Source of the DNA: Octopus vulgaris
Taxonomy: Eukaryota
Length of the DNA stretch: 64,000 bases
NCBI GenBank assembly: GCA_951406725.2
Contig: OX597832.1
Location: 1,178,001 to 1,242,000, forward strand
Reading direction: 5' to 3'
In this document: piece by piece, positions 39,021-52,101 of the stretch
How positions within the stretch are numbered: the stretch's first letter is position 1
How the letters are laid out: each line of letters begins with the position of its first letter
Translations under genes and position numbers: made by a program
The notes under the pieces: generated by a model
Seen by the model: only the letters and a program-made list of their open reading frames with translations
Databases searched by the model: none
What the model was told of the DNA's origin: nothing

Positions 39021-41336
39021 TTGGTACATTATTTATGCCATCATATGAGGGAAGCTCATCTATAGTGATAATTTACAAAAGACGAAGATGGGTGTGTAAA
39101 CAACAAACAGATGTATTAGTTTAATGCTCGGGAAGTGAGAAAGTCTTTTACGTTTTGAGCTTACACTCTTTGACAGAAAGGAACAAAGAAATAAACAAGG
39201 AAAGAAAATAGAAAAAGGTTTAGTGGCTAGCGATCTATCATCTAAAGTTTTGTGTGATGCTATCCCCAAAGAGCCTCATCATATGTGCTGGTTTTTACTT
39301 AGGATTTTGGTTTTATCTGAGAAAAGCAAAGCCCAGTCTGAATCTTTAAGGAAATGTATATTTGAAGTGAGCTTGCACTGAAGCAGGTTAGAGAACTTCT
39401 GGTATTTCAGTTTGAAGATGATGCCAGTAAATCTGCTTTGGAGGCTTTCAGTTCTTTGATTCTGGGAAGAAACCTTCCAGATTTGATGTTATAAAAAATG
39501 GAATCTGAGTGTGATGTTGTTTGGTCATAGGAGTAGGCTTTGCATTTCATGCATCTTATAAGGTCAATGAACTTCCCTCAGTGCATCCTTATGTCCAGCT
39601 TGTTTGATGACACAGGTATGGTTTTGGTAGAATAACCAAGATCATATATTTCCATATCCATAAAGAGCATATAAAACAAGTCCTTTCATGACAATATATA
39701 GGTGCACAATCAGAGAGGCAGCTATAAAGCACAAACCATGTGATACACTCTGTAACAAGAGAAGTGTTGTCCATAAGTCAGAAAAAACACATTCTAAAAG
39801 AGAATTTGAGCAGTTATATTTTTATATTGTTGAATAGTATATTCTTGATTATGGCATATAAATAAATGATCAGAGAATTACCATTGGTCTTGCATCTGCT
39901 ATTGCACTTGGCAATACTGATGAGTCTTCAGACATTCTGGCTGGAACACATAACCTTTTAATGCTGGAGGTAATTATACAGTCTTGGTTTGGTTTAGTGG
40001 TGATAAAAAAAGTGAAATGGAAAAGAAAACTTTCTGGGAGGGGAAGAAGACTTGCCTCCTATTGTATGATTAAAGTCATAGACATGTTTTCTGTTCTTTA
40101 GTCCAAAAAAAGGGGGATACCACATATCAAATGAATTTTCTATTATGAGAAGTAAATTCAAGGTTGTATTGTCAAATGCAATAACAGACAAAACCAATGG
40201 TAACTTTCTTACTGGTTATAAACTTTAACCAAGAATATACTACTCAACAATATATGACCATTCAAATTCTCTTTTAGAGTATGCTTTTTTCCTGACTTAT
40301 GGACAACTGATTGATTACATACACACACACACATCTATCTACTCACACATATTCATACAGATTTATATATGAGTATACATGCTTACATTCATACACACAT
40401 ATGGGCATATCCCTTGTACGTTTTTACACCTATCAGTTTCTATATACACAAATACATATATCTGTCCATACATGTAAATAGAAACATACTTGTGCATTCT
40501 TATTTACATGTGCAACCATATAGATGGGCATGTATACAGCAATATTTTCACATATATATATTATATATATATAAGTATCAGTACATCTAACTATACATGC
40601 AAATCAAATATGGAAGAAGAATTATAAATGTAAAATTTAATTTATGAGACAATCATTTGAAAATCGTCTCGACTTTATTAATCAAGTGAAGTTAAGACTT
40701 GACTTGTCTAATCCTATTTATTTTCTCTTCCTCATTCTCAAATCTCTTATGAACTAAGTGTTGTTGGTGTAGCCTATTAGCAGTTTCCAGATTTTACTCT
40801 GAAATGGTCCTTCATGCATTTGTAAGGAAAGAAATTATTAAGATATGCTATTCTCTTTTACTTGCTTCAGTCATTTGACTGTGGCCATGCCAGAGTACCA
40901 CCTTTAGTTGAACGAATTGACCCCAGGCTTATTCTTTGTAAGCCTAGTACTTATTCTATCGGTCTCTTTTACTGAACCACTAAGTTATGGGGATGTAAAC
41001 ACACCAACATCAGTTGTCAAGCGATGGTGGGGGGACAAACACAGATACACAAACATATTTATATATATATATAATTAAAGTCAAAATGAGGGTGAAAAAA
41101 TTGGATATTAATTTAATAACATCAATTTAAACACCAGTGGCCTAGCGTATAAAAGACTGAGATTCAGTAAATATTATTAATACACAACTATGAGAGAATC
41201 CACTATATGGATGCTCTTACGCTAGATATAGATCTGCAAAGGGACTCAACCACTAAGAATTGTTCTCAAGAAATAATTCAACACACCAAGAATGTAAGCG
41301 AGCAGGACAAATGAAAAATAACGAAAATAAAGATTA

Positions 41337-41412
41337 ACCCCATAAAATTGTTTCACCGTTAATAAATTATGTAATATTACTTACATAAATATCCTCGGAT
41401 CATCAGTGGAGT
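41337..41412 (-). ncRNA. Type I hammerhead motif with a long stem II
   Basis: ACTCCA-CTGATGA-(stem II)-GAAACAATTTTA-TGGGGT. Stem III carries a G-to-T change relative to the sister copy. Confidence 0.7.
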
Positions 41413-41941
41413 ACGTCATGAAAAATATAATTTGTCGAACTGCACGCCATATAAATTAATATGTTCTCAAACTGGCGTAAACTACTGCAGTAAATTACTT
41501 ATGCAGTATTTATTTCCGGGAATTTAGCTCGCCAGAACGAGGGCATTTGAATGTAACTGTGAATATAATCGGCCGAACTGTTCGTCTCTCTGACCTCATG
41601 TTAATATTGGCATGCAGTTCAACAAATTATATTTTTTATGTAATACTATTTACTGAATCTCAGTTTTTTTATATGCTAGACCACCGGTGTTCAAATTGAT
41701 GATATCAAATTAATATCCAATTTTTCACCCTTATTTTAATTTTAATTTTAAATTAATACATTCTCAAACCAGCAAAGGCTACTGCAGTGAATTATTTTAT
41801 GCAGTATAATTTCTGGTAATTTAGCATGCCTAAATGAAAACTTTTGAAAAGTAACCACAAATGTAATGGGTAGAACTGCATGCATTTTTGACCTCATGTT
41901 GATGTCTGCCGTGTAGTTCTACGAATTATATTCGTGTAGAC

Positions 41942-42020
41942 GATCATACTGAAGATCTACAGATAAATTATGTAAGTAAAATTACGTAATTTGTTGATAG
42001 TGAAACAATTGTTTGTGATT
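41942..42020 (+). ncRNA. Type I hammerhead motif with a long stem II
   Basis: GATCATA-CTGAAGA-(46-nt hairpin)-GAAACAATTGTT-TGTGATT, with palindromic stem III ACAATTGT. Confidence 0.8.
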
Positions 42021-42678
42021 AATCTATATTTTTGTTATTTTTCATTTGTCTTGCTCACTTACGTTTCTGGTGTTTGCTAAAATTTTCTAGAGAACAATTC
42101 TTAGTGGTTAAGACCATAGCAGATCTTCTTCTAGCATAAGGGTTTCCACATAGTGGTAAAATTCCCTCTTATATTTATGTATGTAATACTATTTACTGAA
42201 TCTCAGTTTTTTTATATGCTAGACCACTGGTGTTAAAATTGATGTTATGAAATTAATATCCAATTTTTCACCCTCATTTTAATTTTAATATATATATATA
42301 TATACACGAAGGGCTTCTTTCAATTTCTGTCTAACAAATCCACTCACAAGGTTTTGGTCAGCCCAAGGCTATAGTAGAAGACACTTGCTCAAGTTGCCAT
42401 GCAGTGGAACTGAACCCGGAATTGTGTGGTTAGGAAGCAAGCTTCTTACCACAGCCATGCCTGTTTAGCATTTAATATTTTTATCAATGCAATCTTCTGC
42501 GTTATTATCAAAAGATTACTTTTGGCTTTTAAACTTTTATATTGTAGAAATAAATTAGTTCATAGCATGTAGATAACAGCAATATTTGGCAGCTGTCATA
42601 CAGCTACAGGTAAGCCTTAAAGGAAGAGAAAGCTGATGGTTCTCTTCAAATAAAACATGTTAAGGCCATAAAACTTAC

Positions 42679-42900
42679 ATATATCCCATTGTTTGGCACA
42701 AATGTAGCAACCGGCAGCCATAGTGAAGACATCTCGGTCCCAATCAAAATCTTCAAGAGAACAGCTAGCACACTCAACACACTCAATGCCTTCATAACTT
42801 TTCTCTAGGTCTTGACCTGGTCTTGATAAAGAACTTCCTGGAACACTGACTTGGAGATCCCATGTCCATTGAAATAAAGATGTAACACCATCATTCCATC
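42679..42900 (-). CDS. Host gene internal exon (linker plus start of the Ly6/uPAR domain)
   Basis: Acceptor ttttaaatttcag and donor gtaagt; 222 nt, phase 1-1. Translates GWNDGVTSLFQWTWDLQVSVPGSSLSRPGQDLEKSYEGIECVECASCSLEDFDWDRDVFTMAAGCYICAKQWDI. Confidence 0.9.
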
Positions 42901-43415
42901 CTGAAATTTAAAATGCATTAAATTTACAATGATTTCTTATAAAATGGTTTACAAGAAATATAAGCATTTTATATTCATGCCTTCCACAAATACATAAAAA
43001 TGAAATTCCTGAAAATATAGTGCAATTTCAAGGCAACAAATATAATGAGTAGATGTGGAAAGCAGTGATGGGGAGTAAACAAACTTAAGTTTAAGTTGAA
43101 GAGAACTAATGAGCTTGAAATGCATTCACCAGTCCAATTGAGTGTTCTGAGCAGACTATGGTGTTCTAACACTGCTTTGTCTCATGTGCAAATGTTTTCA
43201 ACACAACAAACTGCAGTGAAAAGCCTTTACAGGTTCAAATATTTCTCAGACATATTTGAATTGGCTTTAAGTTTGTTTACTCTCTATCACTGCTTCATGC
43301 ACCTACTCATGATAATATTAATAATAAAGTGATTGTTTCTTATCAGGAACAAAATGTTTAATAGGACTGCTATAGAAGTGCTCAATTAAATGAGACAAAT
43401 ATATTATTAAACTAT

Positions 43416-43536
43416 GGTTGCAGAACAAACAAATATAAGGTCATCCACGTAACATGAAAGAAAAAGCATTATGTGATTAAATGTTCGAGATATGAAATGT
43501 TACGTGGATGACCTTATATTTGTTTGTTCTGCAACC
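43416..43536. repeat. Perfect 40-bp inverted repeat with a 41-nt spacer
   Basis: ggttgcagaacaaacaaatataaggtcatccacgtaacat at 43416-43455 and its reverse complement at 43497-43536. Confidence 0.95.
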
Positions 43537-43570
43537 TACTCATGATATTACATATATATACAAATATATA

Positions 43571-45373
43571 AAAGTAATAAAGGTAATGTCTGGTCATAGA
43601 GTGACCAATGGTTTCATAGCCATAGCGTGGAAAACGGATGTTAAACGATGATGATGATGATGAAAGCTGTAGCTTTGTGGATGTCTTATCAGACTCTACT
43701 CTGAAGACAAATTTAACTCTTCACTACTTGGAGTTGGAAAGTTGTTACAGTCAATGGTCAAAAGGTCATCAGAGTATAAAAAGTCCGGTGATAGTGAGGA
43801 CAGGTTATCTCCCCTTGACCAGCTATTTGGAGAGGAGAATAAGCAATCTATCCCTTGGTTTGCTAATGGATTGTAAGGACTCCTCCAGGTTTAGTCAGTG
43901 AATGTGGTATCCCATGTTTGCAGCAGGTAATGCTTGAAATGGATGTATAGGGTGAAGATTTCTTGGTGAGTGTTCAGTGACCTAGGTCTCAGGGAGTCTT
44001 TAAGTATCCTAGCTCACTCAGCTATGCAGAGCTTGCAGCATCTGCTCCTGTTTGATGTAGGGGCTTGGCTGTTCTAAGATCTTCCACTCAATATCATATA
44101 GGGTTCCATGATTTTTGAGGTGCCACACATGGCTGGACAGGGGTGTGACAAATTGTCTTTCTGGCATCCTGAAGGAGGACCTGTGGTTGTACAAGCATTG
44201 CATGAATACTAGACCAGCTGATCCAATGTATTTCTAGGTTTGGGTGTTAGCTATGTTCAAATTACTGATGCATCTCTGGTTGGCTCTGGGCCTGGGGATA
44301 TTGTTGTTGGAGCTGCTGTCAGTGCTGTTATCACTGATGTGCAGGTCTGGCAATGCAGCTGTAGTTATCGTTGTGGTAGTCATCCCTAGCCATAGGCTAG
44401 GTGTTATTGCTGCTGGTAGTGGTGTGGGTGCCATTGATTGTAAAGTTGGGTGTGAGACTGGTAGCTTCACTGGTATTGGGGCTGTTGGTGTCAGTGCCGG
44501 TGTTTCTGCTGCTGTGGCTGCCGACGTTGTTAGATGATCCACTGCTGCTATTACTATGGTTGCTAGGCCTGGGTGTCACCACAGCTTCATAGATGACTCC
44601 CTCGGCTTCGCATTGGCCTCCCACTGGACAGTCATTGTACACCTACAAGAGCAACCTGTATCTTTCCACGTTTTATGGGTGTTAGCTAATAACTTTTCAT
44701 GTTAGATGCAACAGGAACAACCTAAGGGCCTCCTTTAGATATGCATCTAACATGAAAAGTTATTAGCTAACACCCATAGACTCCTGCCACCCACCTCTCA
44801 TGTTCAAGAACTTTGTGAAGGGTGTGAGCAAGAGGATTTCGAATCTATCCTCTAGTCAAGATATCTTTGATGATGATGCTCTCTACTACAAGGCACTAGC
44901 ATCCAGTGGGTTTAGGAAGTCCATGGTGGTGAGATTCATCTCCATAGTAATTTTGAGTCACATAGAGCCTAGTACACTAATCGGGTCCTTTCTAAGCCTA
45001 TCAAGTGTGTGCCTATTGGCTCCCCTACAGATGGCTAGAGCATTATACCTGCAGAAACTGAAGTGCCTTGATCAGCAACCCTTTCAATATCACCGGTTAA
45101 AAATTGTATGAACCTTGCTCTTCCCCTCTCCCAGTTAGCATGAAACCATGAGGCCACTTCTTTGGTACTGCACCATAGAGTGAAGATGGAAGCTCTCCTT
45201 GTATGTCGTTTTTATTCTCTGATGACCATTGACTGTAACAATTTTCCATCTCTGAGATGTGAAGAGTTAAATTTGTCTTTGGACTAGAGTCTGATGAGTA
45301 ATTCATGAAGCTACAAGTTGTGGATGGGAAACCATTGGTCACTCTATGACCAGACATTAAGTTTATTATTTTA
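43571..45373. mobile_element. Rearranged PLE with inverted pLTRs
   Basis: GIY-YIG on the minus strand (CPVGGQCEAEGVIYEAVV, CLYNHRSSFR) and RT thumb on the plus strand (KNFVKGVSKRISNLSSS). Inverted termini at 43571-43770 and 45222-45373 each carry an HHR. Confidence 0.8.
45285..45346 (+). ncRNA. Type I hammerhead ribozyme with a canonical core
   Basis: TAGAGT-CTGATGA-(stem II)-GAAACCATTGGTC-ACTCTA. Stem I is a perfect 6 bp and the GUC cleavage triplet ends at 45340. Confidence 0.88.
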
Positions 45374-46162
45374 ATACTTCACTGCTCTCTACTTTAGAGT
45401 GTGTTTCTTATTCAGATATATGATACATTGACATTCCATATATACATATATATATACACATACAGATTAGATAATAAATCATATGGTGTACACCTAAGGG
45501 TGTTTATACATCCATATCTTTTAATGGTTATATTTAATACATTTTTTGCTGAATTGGGTATTTGTTTCTTTTTGCATCTGTTAAATATTATTGATCTTCT
45601 ATATCCCTTAATTTGCTGCTTTTCTATACACAAACCAAAAAGATGACTTGCGGAACAATCATAATTTTAATGAAATTAGTCTTGAATCACCTAGAGACAC
45701 ATCTACACTGACAGATACTCCTAAGCCAGTTGTTAGTATCCTACCCATAAGGGATTGATGCTAAATGGGTCAAAACAATTGTGGTGATTAACAAATATTC
45801 TCATATCTTCTATCATATATATATATAACAATAATTAAGGGTTTAGCAACAAGTTGCTTGACCACATACCGAAAAATTTAGAAATAGCAGCCAAAAGGCC
45901 GTTATTTCTTATCACTACAAAATATGACTCACAGACAATCCTCTCTGAAATAATTAATAATTATAATAATTATATATATATACATGAGTGAGTGGACAGA
46001 CAAAAGAAGGGCATTCAACTAATTTATTGGGAGTTACATGTATGCATCAAAATAGTTTGATTCAAATTTGTTGGTACTCTTGAGTTTCAAGTGTGAAATG
46101 GCTGACTAGCACCATACATGAAACTCAAGAGTACCAATGAATTTAAATAAAACTGTTTTGAT

Positions 46163-46221
<59 letters not shown>

Positions 46222-46305
46222 TCTACTGCATTGATTGGTAACTGCTGCAATTGCAACCTTACTATAATACCAGTGCAGTAGAAACATGTGCAGATCTATT
46301 TGAGG

Positions 46306-46344
<39 letters not shown>

Positions 46345-46345
<1 letters not shown>

Positions 46346-47350
46346 TAGCAGTATCGCCCGGCGTTGCTCGGGTTTGTAAGGGAAATAACTATATAAGCAT
46401 TTTTTGAGAGTTACTTCCCTTATAGATGCCAATTCGGGCTTTCTTAGTCATTTCTGTTTTGGTGTTTTCAAGCCATGAAGTCGTTGTTCTAAAAGAACGC
46501 TGGTCTCCTTGACAACGCTTTACGACGTTGATTTCATTACACTCCCTTCCCCACAGCTTCACGAGGGAGGGAAGAAGGGGGAGAAGCAAACAGGTGCAGG
46601 TGTGACCATGGACGCCAACTCCGCCGCCATCGACACACGAAAAATTATGCATTAAAATGGAATAAAAAATGATGTTAAATTATTTTTAAAATCGTAGACT
46701 CATCGTAGACGCGCGCTAATACCCAGACAGGCTCGATATGAATCACGACTATAAGATACCCGAATTTGGTTAAACTCCACCGCAAAATGTGGGAGTAGTT
46801 AGGAATCTAAATCGAAGGGGACAGACACTCACACAACTACAGTTTTATATATATACTAGCAGTATCGCCCGGCGTTGCTCGGGTTTGTAAGGGAAATAAC
46901 TATATAAGCATTTTTAGAAAGTTACTTCCCTTATAGATGCCAATTCGGGCTTTCTTAGCCATTTCTGTTTTGGTGTCTTCAAGCCATGAAGTCGTTGTTC
47001 TAAAAGAACGCTGGTCTCCTTGACAACGCTTTACGACGTTTTTTCCTTACACTCACTTCCCCACAGCTTCACGAGGGAGGGAAGAAGGGGGAGAAGCAAA
47101 CAGGTGCAGGTGTGACCATGGACGCCAACACGAAAAATTATGCATTAAAATGGAATAAAAAATGATGTTAAATTATTTTTAAAATCGTAGACTCATCGTA
47201 GACGCGCGCTAATACTCAGACGGGCTCGATATGAATCACGACTATAAGATACTCGAATTTGGTTAAACTGCACCGCAAAATGTGGGAGTAGTTAGGAATC
47301 TAAATCGAAGGGGACAGACACTCACATAACTCCAGTTTTATATATATAGA
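46345..47350 (-). mobile_element. Two head-to-tail non-autonomous Helitron copies of about 500 bp (46345-46854 and 46856-47350)
   Basis: The minus strand begins TCTATATATATAAAAC and ends with a CCCGAGCAACGCCGGG hairpin and CTAG. Inserted in (TA)n. Confidence 0.85.
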
Positions 47351-47569
47351 TAGATATATATATATATATACAATTTATTATAAAAAATGCAAAATTTCCA
47401 CAGAGCATTTTTGCGAATATTTTGTAGCTTTTATAATAAAGCATATTACTCTACCCTTGGTATTTGAGAACTATTTTATCCACATTGTTTTGCACTTATT
47501 TTCCTAACTTGTATTAATATTAATTCTAATAATAATAATAATTATAATCCAACCTTAACACCTATTTTA

Positions 47570-48050
47570 CAGATGGGTGTTAGTAGAAATTCTTATAACT
47601 ATGAGGGCAATTTACAAGTGAACAAATCCATGTGTAATTGTGTAAACAAAACTTCATACCCTTCAGAAAATCAGTGTTTAAAGAAGGATATAGTATATGA
47701 GTGTGAAGTAATAACTAGACATCATAAGTATTGTTATATTGGTTCTTCTGCTACTAGTTGGAAATCTAGATTTTATCATTCTAATTCCTTCAAATATAGA
47801 AGAAAATGTAATTCTACTAATCTTAGCAAAAGCATTTGGAATTTAAAGGATAGGATTAAGTAGAATTTAAAGTGGTTCATTATTAGTTATGCACTGTCGT
47901 ATAATATTGGTAATTCTACTTGTGATCTTCGTGTTGAAGAATTGTATTTTATAATCACTTCTAAATTAATTTAATTGAATTTCAATGGACACTTAACTTT
48001 AAGATATTGCCATAAATTTAGAAAGACATTTAAATATTTCAATTATTAAT
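47570..48050 (+). mobile_element. PLE GIY-YIG fragment
   Basis: CNCVNKTSYPSENQCLKKDIVYECEV...YIGSSATSWKSRFYH. Confidence 0.75.
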
Positions 48051-48720
48051 TATAATTTAAAAATTAACTATTATAGAATAAGGTTAATTCCTAATAAAAT
48101 GTTTAATATAATGAGTAATTAATTATAGCGATGTAAAGTATTGAAGCTTCAATTAAGCATAATGTAAAATTCTTATCTATAATTTTTATTCTTTAATTAT
48201 CCATTGAGATCATCAAGAATTGTATATATTATTAATTATAATAATTTTTCAATTATTATATACTTATCTTAATTCCTATAAAAGGGTATGATATAATAAT
48301 AAATAGGTATTTAATTATCTGTCAATTTTATTCTTTAGTTATCCAGCTTAGTCATCAATAATTGTATACAATGTTAATTATAATAATTTTTCAATTAATA
48401 TATAATAAGGTTAATTCCTATAACAAAAATTTAATATAATGAATTAGTATTTAGTTGTCTTCAATTTTTATTTTTTGATTATCCAGAGAGGTCATCAGTG
48501 CTTGTACATGTTGCTGAATATAATAATTTTTCAGTTATTATATAAGGCTAATTCCTATAGAAGGGTTTATTATATTAAATAAATAGGTAATTAATTATTG
48601 TGATGTAAAATATCTAAGTCTCTATTAAGAATTATTATCTGTAGTTTTTATTCTTGAGTTATCTATTAAGTATAATGTAGAATTCTTGTCAACAGTTTTT
48701 GTTCTTTAGATGTCCTGTGA
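48050..48720. repeat. Degenerate AT-rich tandem repeat with units of about 115-120 bp
   Basis: Recurring aaggttaattcctataa...taatataat...aatttttattcttt...ttatcca...tcatca...ttataataatttttcaatt. Confidence 0.65.
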
Positions 48721-49016
48721 TGTCATTTGTAGATAAATATACTCGTATTTTAGTTTTTTTTCTATGTAGATTTCAAATTGTCAAAAACAATATGGAATTA
48801 GTATGGTATTTTTTATATTTTATTTTCATAAAGTAAATTAGTTATTCAATGATGTTGCTCTTGGTTGAATGAAGTTAAATTTAGTTTAGCATTTTTTTTT
48901 GTTAGTGTTTTTTAACAGTTAAAATTTTTGCAGATGTTCAGTTAGGATTTCACCAATTTGAATTACTTTGATAATGTGTTGACATAAATTTTCGTAGATA
49001 TTATTAATTTTAATAA

Positions 49017-50327
49017 TCTATATATATAAAACTAAGAATGTATGTCTGTCTGTGTGAATCCCTAAAACTTGAGAACTACACAACCAATTTCATTTAAATT
49101 TTACACATTCCTTACTTAGGGTCCATGAAGTGTCATGGGCAAACATTTTTTAAACTTTTTGCCTAGTACAATCCCACAGCAATATCATATCTTCTCCACT
49201 ATTTCAGTATTACATGTCAAAAGTGAAACAAAAACATCTCTCTATTGTCATGTCACATGCTTTCACTTTAATACTGAAACTATTAAAGAGAAACTATCAT
49301 ACAACAGGGATGAATTGTAGCTGGACATGCTAGATAAAGATCCGCTATGGTCTTATATGCTACACCACTGGTTTTAAATTCATATTAATCAAATTAATAT
49401 TTAATTTTTCACCCTTATTATTTTAAAATTAAATTTACATATATATATATATATATATAGATGTATACATATAGCTGTATATATATATATATATGTATAT
49501 AGATATAGATGTATATGTATAGCTGTATATGTATACATGTATATATATAGATGCATTTCTATAGATATAGATGTATATGTATACGTGTGTAGATGTATAT
49601 ATAGATGTACAGGTAATATGTATACATATATATACACATATATACATGCATACATATATACACTCATACAAACACACACCCACACATACATAGGTGCAGC
49701 TGTGGCTGTGTGGTAATAAACTTAGTTCCAAAACACATGGTCCTGAGTTCAGTCCCACTGTGTGGTAACTTGGCATGTGTCTTCTGCTATAACCTCAGAC
49801 CAACCAAAGCCTTGTCAGTGGATTTTGTAGACAGAAACTGAAACAAATCAATCGTATATATATGTATGTATATATGTAAGTCTATGTGTGTGTCTTTGTG
49901 TTTCTCCCTCATCACTGCTTCACAACTGGTGTTTGTTTATTTACATCCCCATAACTTACTGGTTTCACAAGAAGAAACTGATAGAATAAGTACCAGGCTT
50001 ATCAAAATAAAAAAAGCATTAGGCAGTGTCTCATATTATTGTTTGCCCACTCAGTTGTATCTATCAATTTATATATGGATTTCGTAGACAGGAACTGAAA
50101 CAAATCAATCGTATATATATGTATGTATATATGTAAGTGTATGTGTGTGTCTTTGTCTCTGTGTTTCGCCCTCATCACTGCTTCACAACTGCTGTTCATT
50201 TATTTACATCCCCATAACTTACTGGTTTCACAAGAAAAACTAATAGAATAAGTACCAGGCTTATCAACATAAAAAAAAGCAGTGTCTCATATTTTTGTTT
50301 GCCCACTCAGTTGTATCTATCAATTTT

Positions 50328-50375
<48 letters not shown>

Positions 50376-51685
50376 CAAAACACCCTAATGGGGGCCTTAA
50401 CTCCCAAATTTTAGTCATTTCTTATATGATCCAAAACTAGGTCAAAAGTACTGAATGGATCTTTATGAAATTATATTCTATGCATAAGGGCCATAACCCC
50501 CATGACAATTCATATATTTTTGCTGTTGATGAAATTTTAACCATACATAGTAGACACAAATGAAGTAATATTTATAATATTTCATCTTACAAGATAGAAA
50601 GACCCCTCCATAGGGACATAACACCCACAATTTTGTGATTTTATCTAAGCAAAGACGAATACAGTTGTACTCTTGGAAGCTGTAGGGTTACCTGAGCATA
50701 AAAGATGAGCATTATTTGTAATTCAATGGTACAACAGTGTAACACTTTGCTTTGACATACACTTACATTGTGATTTCTGCAATCATCATCATCATCATCA
50801 TCATCATTTAGCGTCCGCTTTCCATGCTAGCGTGGTGCATAAATTGTCAAGTAAGTGAGAGGCATCTTTGCCTCCACTGATTCAGTTGCAAAGTGTTGAG
50901 TAAAGTTATTTGATTGCAGACTTCCTTTCAGTCTTTTTATTATCATTGGGTCACACATAGTCCCCAGATGGTAATATTGATTGATTTCAAAGACATTTAT
51001 AGATTGTAAATTTATTCTGTCCAGTTATGTATCAGTATAGTGGTCATTTGCAAACTCCAGAGGTGACACTTTCATTTCTCCTTAGCCCTCATGTCACACA
51101 GTTGTTAATGTTTATTTGAGTTGGGTCACGCCCTTCCAATTGCTATAGATTCATAATGCATCTTACGGCTGTGCCTGTCACCTGCTTGGTGAGGAATCCT
51201 ACATTGGGAGTGGTAACGACTAGGGTAGGGTAGCTGACTGCTTATTGTGATCATTCGTCTTTTGGTTTCCTGTAGCTTTGCTCTCTTTTACAAACCTAGT
51301 GAACATATGTTTCCTATTTCAAAAAATTCAAACAATAGATATAAGACCCAAGTTAAAAAGATTCTCAACAATCCAACTTCTCTGCTTGACATTAAGACAC
51401 CCATCCCCAACAGGATCCTTAACTCTCACATTTTAGTGCTCCATGACCTTCATTTTTCAGGTTCAATAAGACTGGATTTTGGAATATGCACATAAAAATC
51501 AGTAGTATGGGATGCATGTGGCATGATTACAATTTTTTTAGGGTGTGTAAAGAGGGAAATAACCCTCATCTGCAATTTAGATGAAATTCAAAACATAGAT
51601 ATTCCAGTTCATTACAGAAAATATAACAGAAAAGTCTAATTCTTCAATTGCATGTAACATGGGCAACGCCGGGTATCTCTGCTAG
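49017..51685 (+). mobile_element. Non-autonomous Helitron with nested SINEs and repeats
   Basis: Starts A^TCTATATATATAAAAC and ends GGGCAACGCCGGGTATCTCTGCTAG^T. The termini are related to the 46-47 kb Helitrons; that the two ends belong to one element is inferred. Confidence 0.65.
49690..50325 (+). mobile_element. tRNA SINE with a tandem duplication of about 260 bp
   Basis: SINE head at 49690. 49820-50070 is repeated at 50077-50325. Confidence 0.8.
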
Positions 51686-51728
<43 letters not shown>

Positions 51729-52048
51729 CAATGGCCATTTTTACTAGAGAACAATGATTGAAACAGGGAGAGAAAACTAATGTTTTAGGGACAGGGAAAG
51801 AAAACTAATGTTTTAGGGAATAGCACATGTTAGTATTATGGGTTAGATGAATGAACGAAGCAACTAAAATGAGAGAAAATACACATGGCTGGTTTACTAG
51901 AGAACGATGATGTAAACATTATGAAACAGGGAGAGAGAACTAAGGTTTTAGGGAATAGTACATGTTAGTATTATGGGTTACATGAATGAATGCATGAAGC
52001 AATTAAAACAAGAAATTTTTTTAGCTTAGCTGTGATGTGTGTATGTTT

Positions 52049-52101
<53 letters not shown>

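Larger units (their letters stand above)
41075..42288. mobile_element. Non-coding fold-back element with two hammerheads (PLE pLTR or retrozyme-like)
   Basis: 41075-41560 is a diverged inverted copy of the right-hand unit. The right part has direct repeats at 41641-41745 and 42184-42288. It sits in the (TA)n spacer between two SINE halves. Confidence 0.85.

Noticed and set aside
39135-39180. Minimal HHR-like motif on the minus strand (aagagtgtaagctcAAAACGTAaaagac)
   Set aside because: Both core boxes deviate; a family consensus would be needed.
39910-39960. CTGATGA followed by a hairpin and GGAAC (similar at 37230 and at 43185-43255 on the minus strand)
   Set aside because: The core is incomplete and stems I and III are not convincing.
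48050-48720. Regularly spaced repeats resembling a CRISPR array
   Set aside because: These are degenerate whole-unit tandem repeats without unique spacers, in a eukaryotic context with no cas genes.
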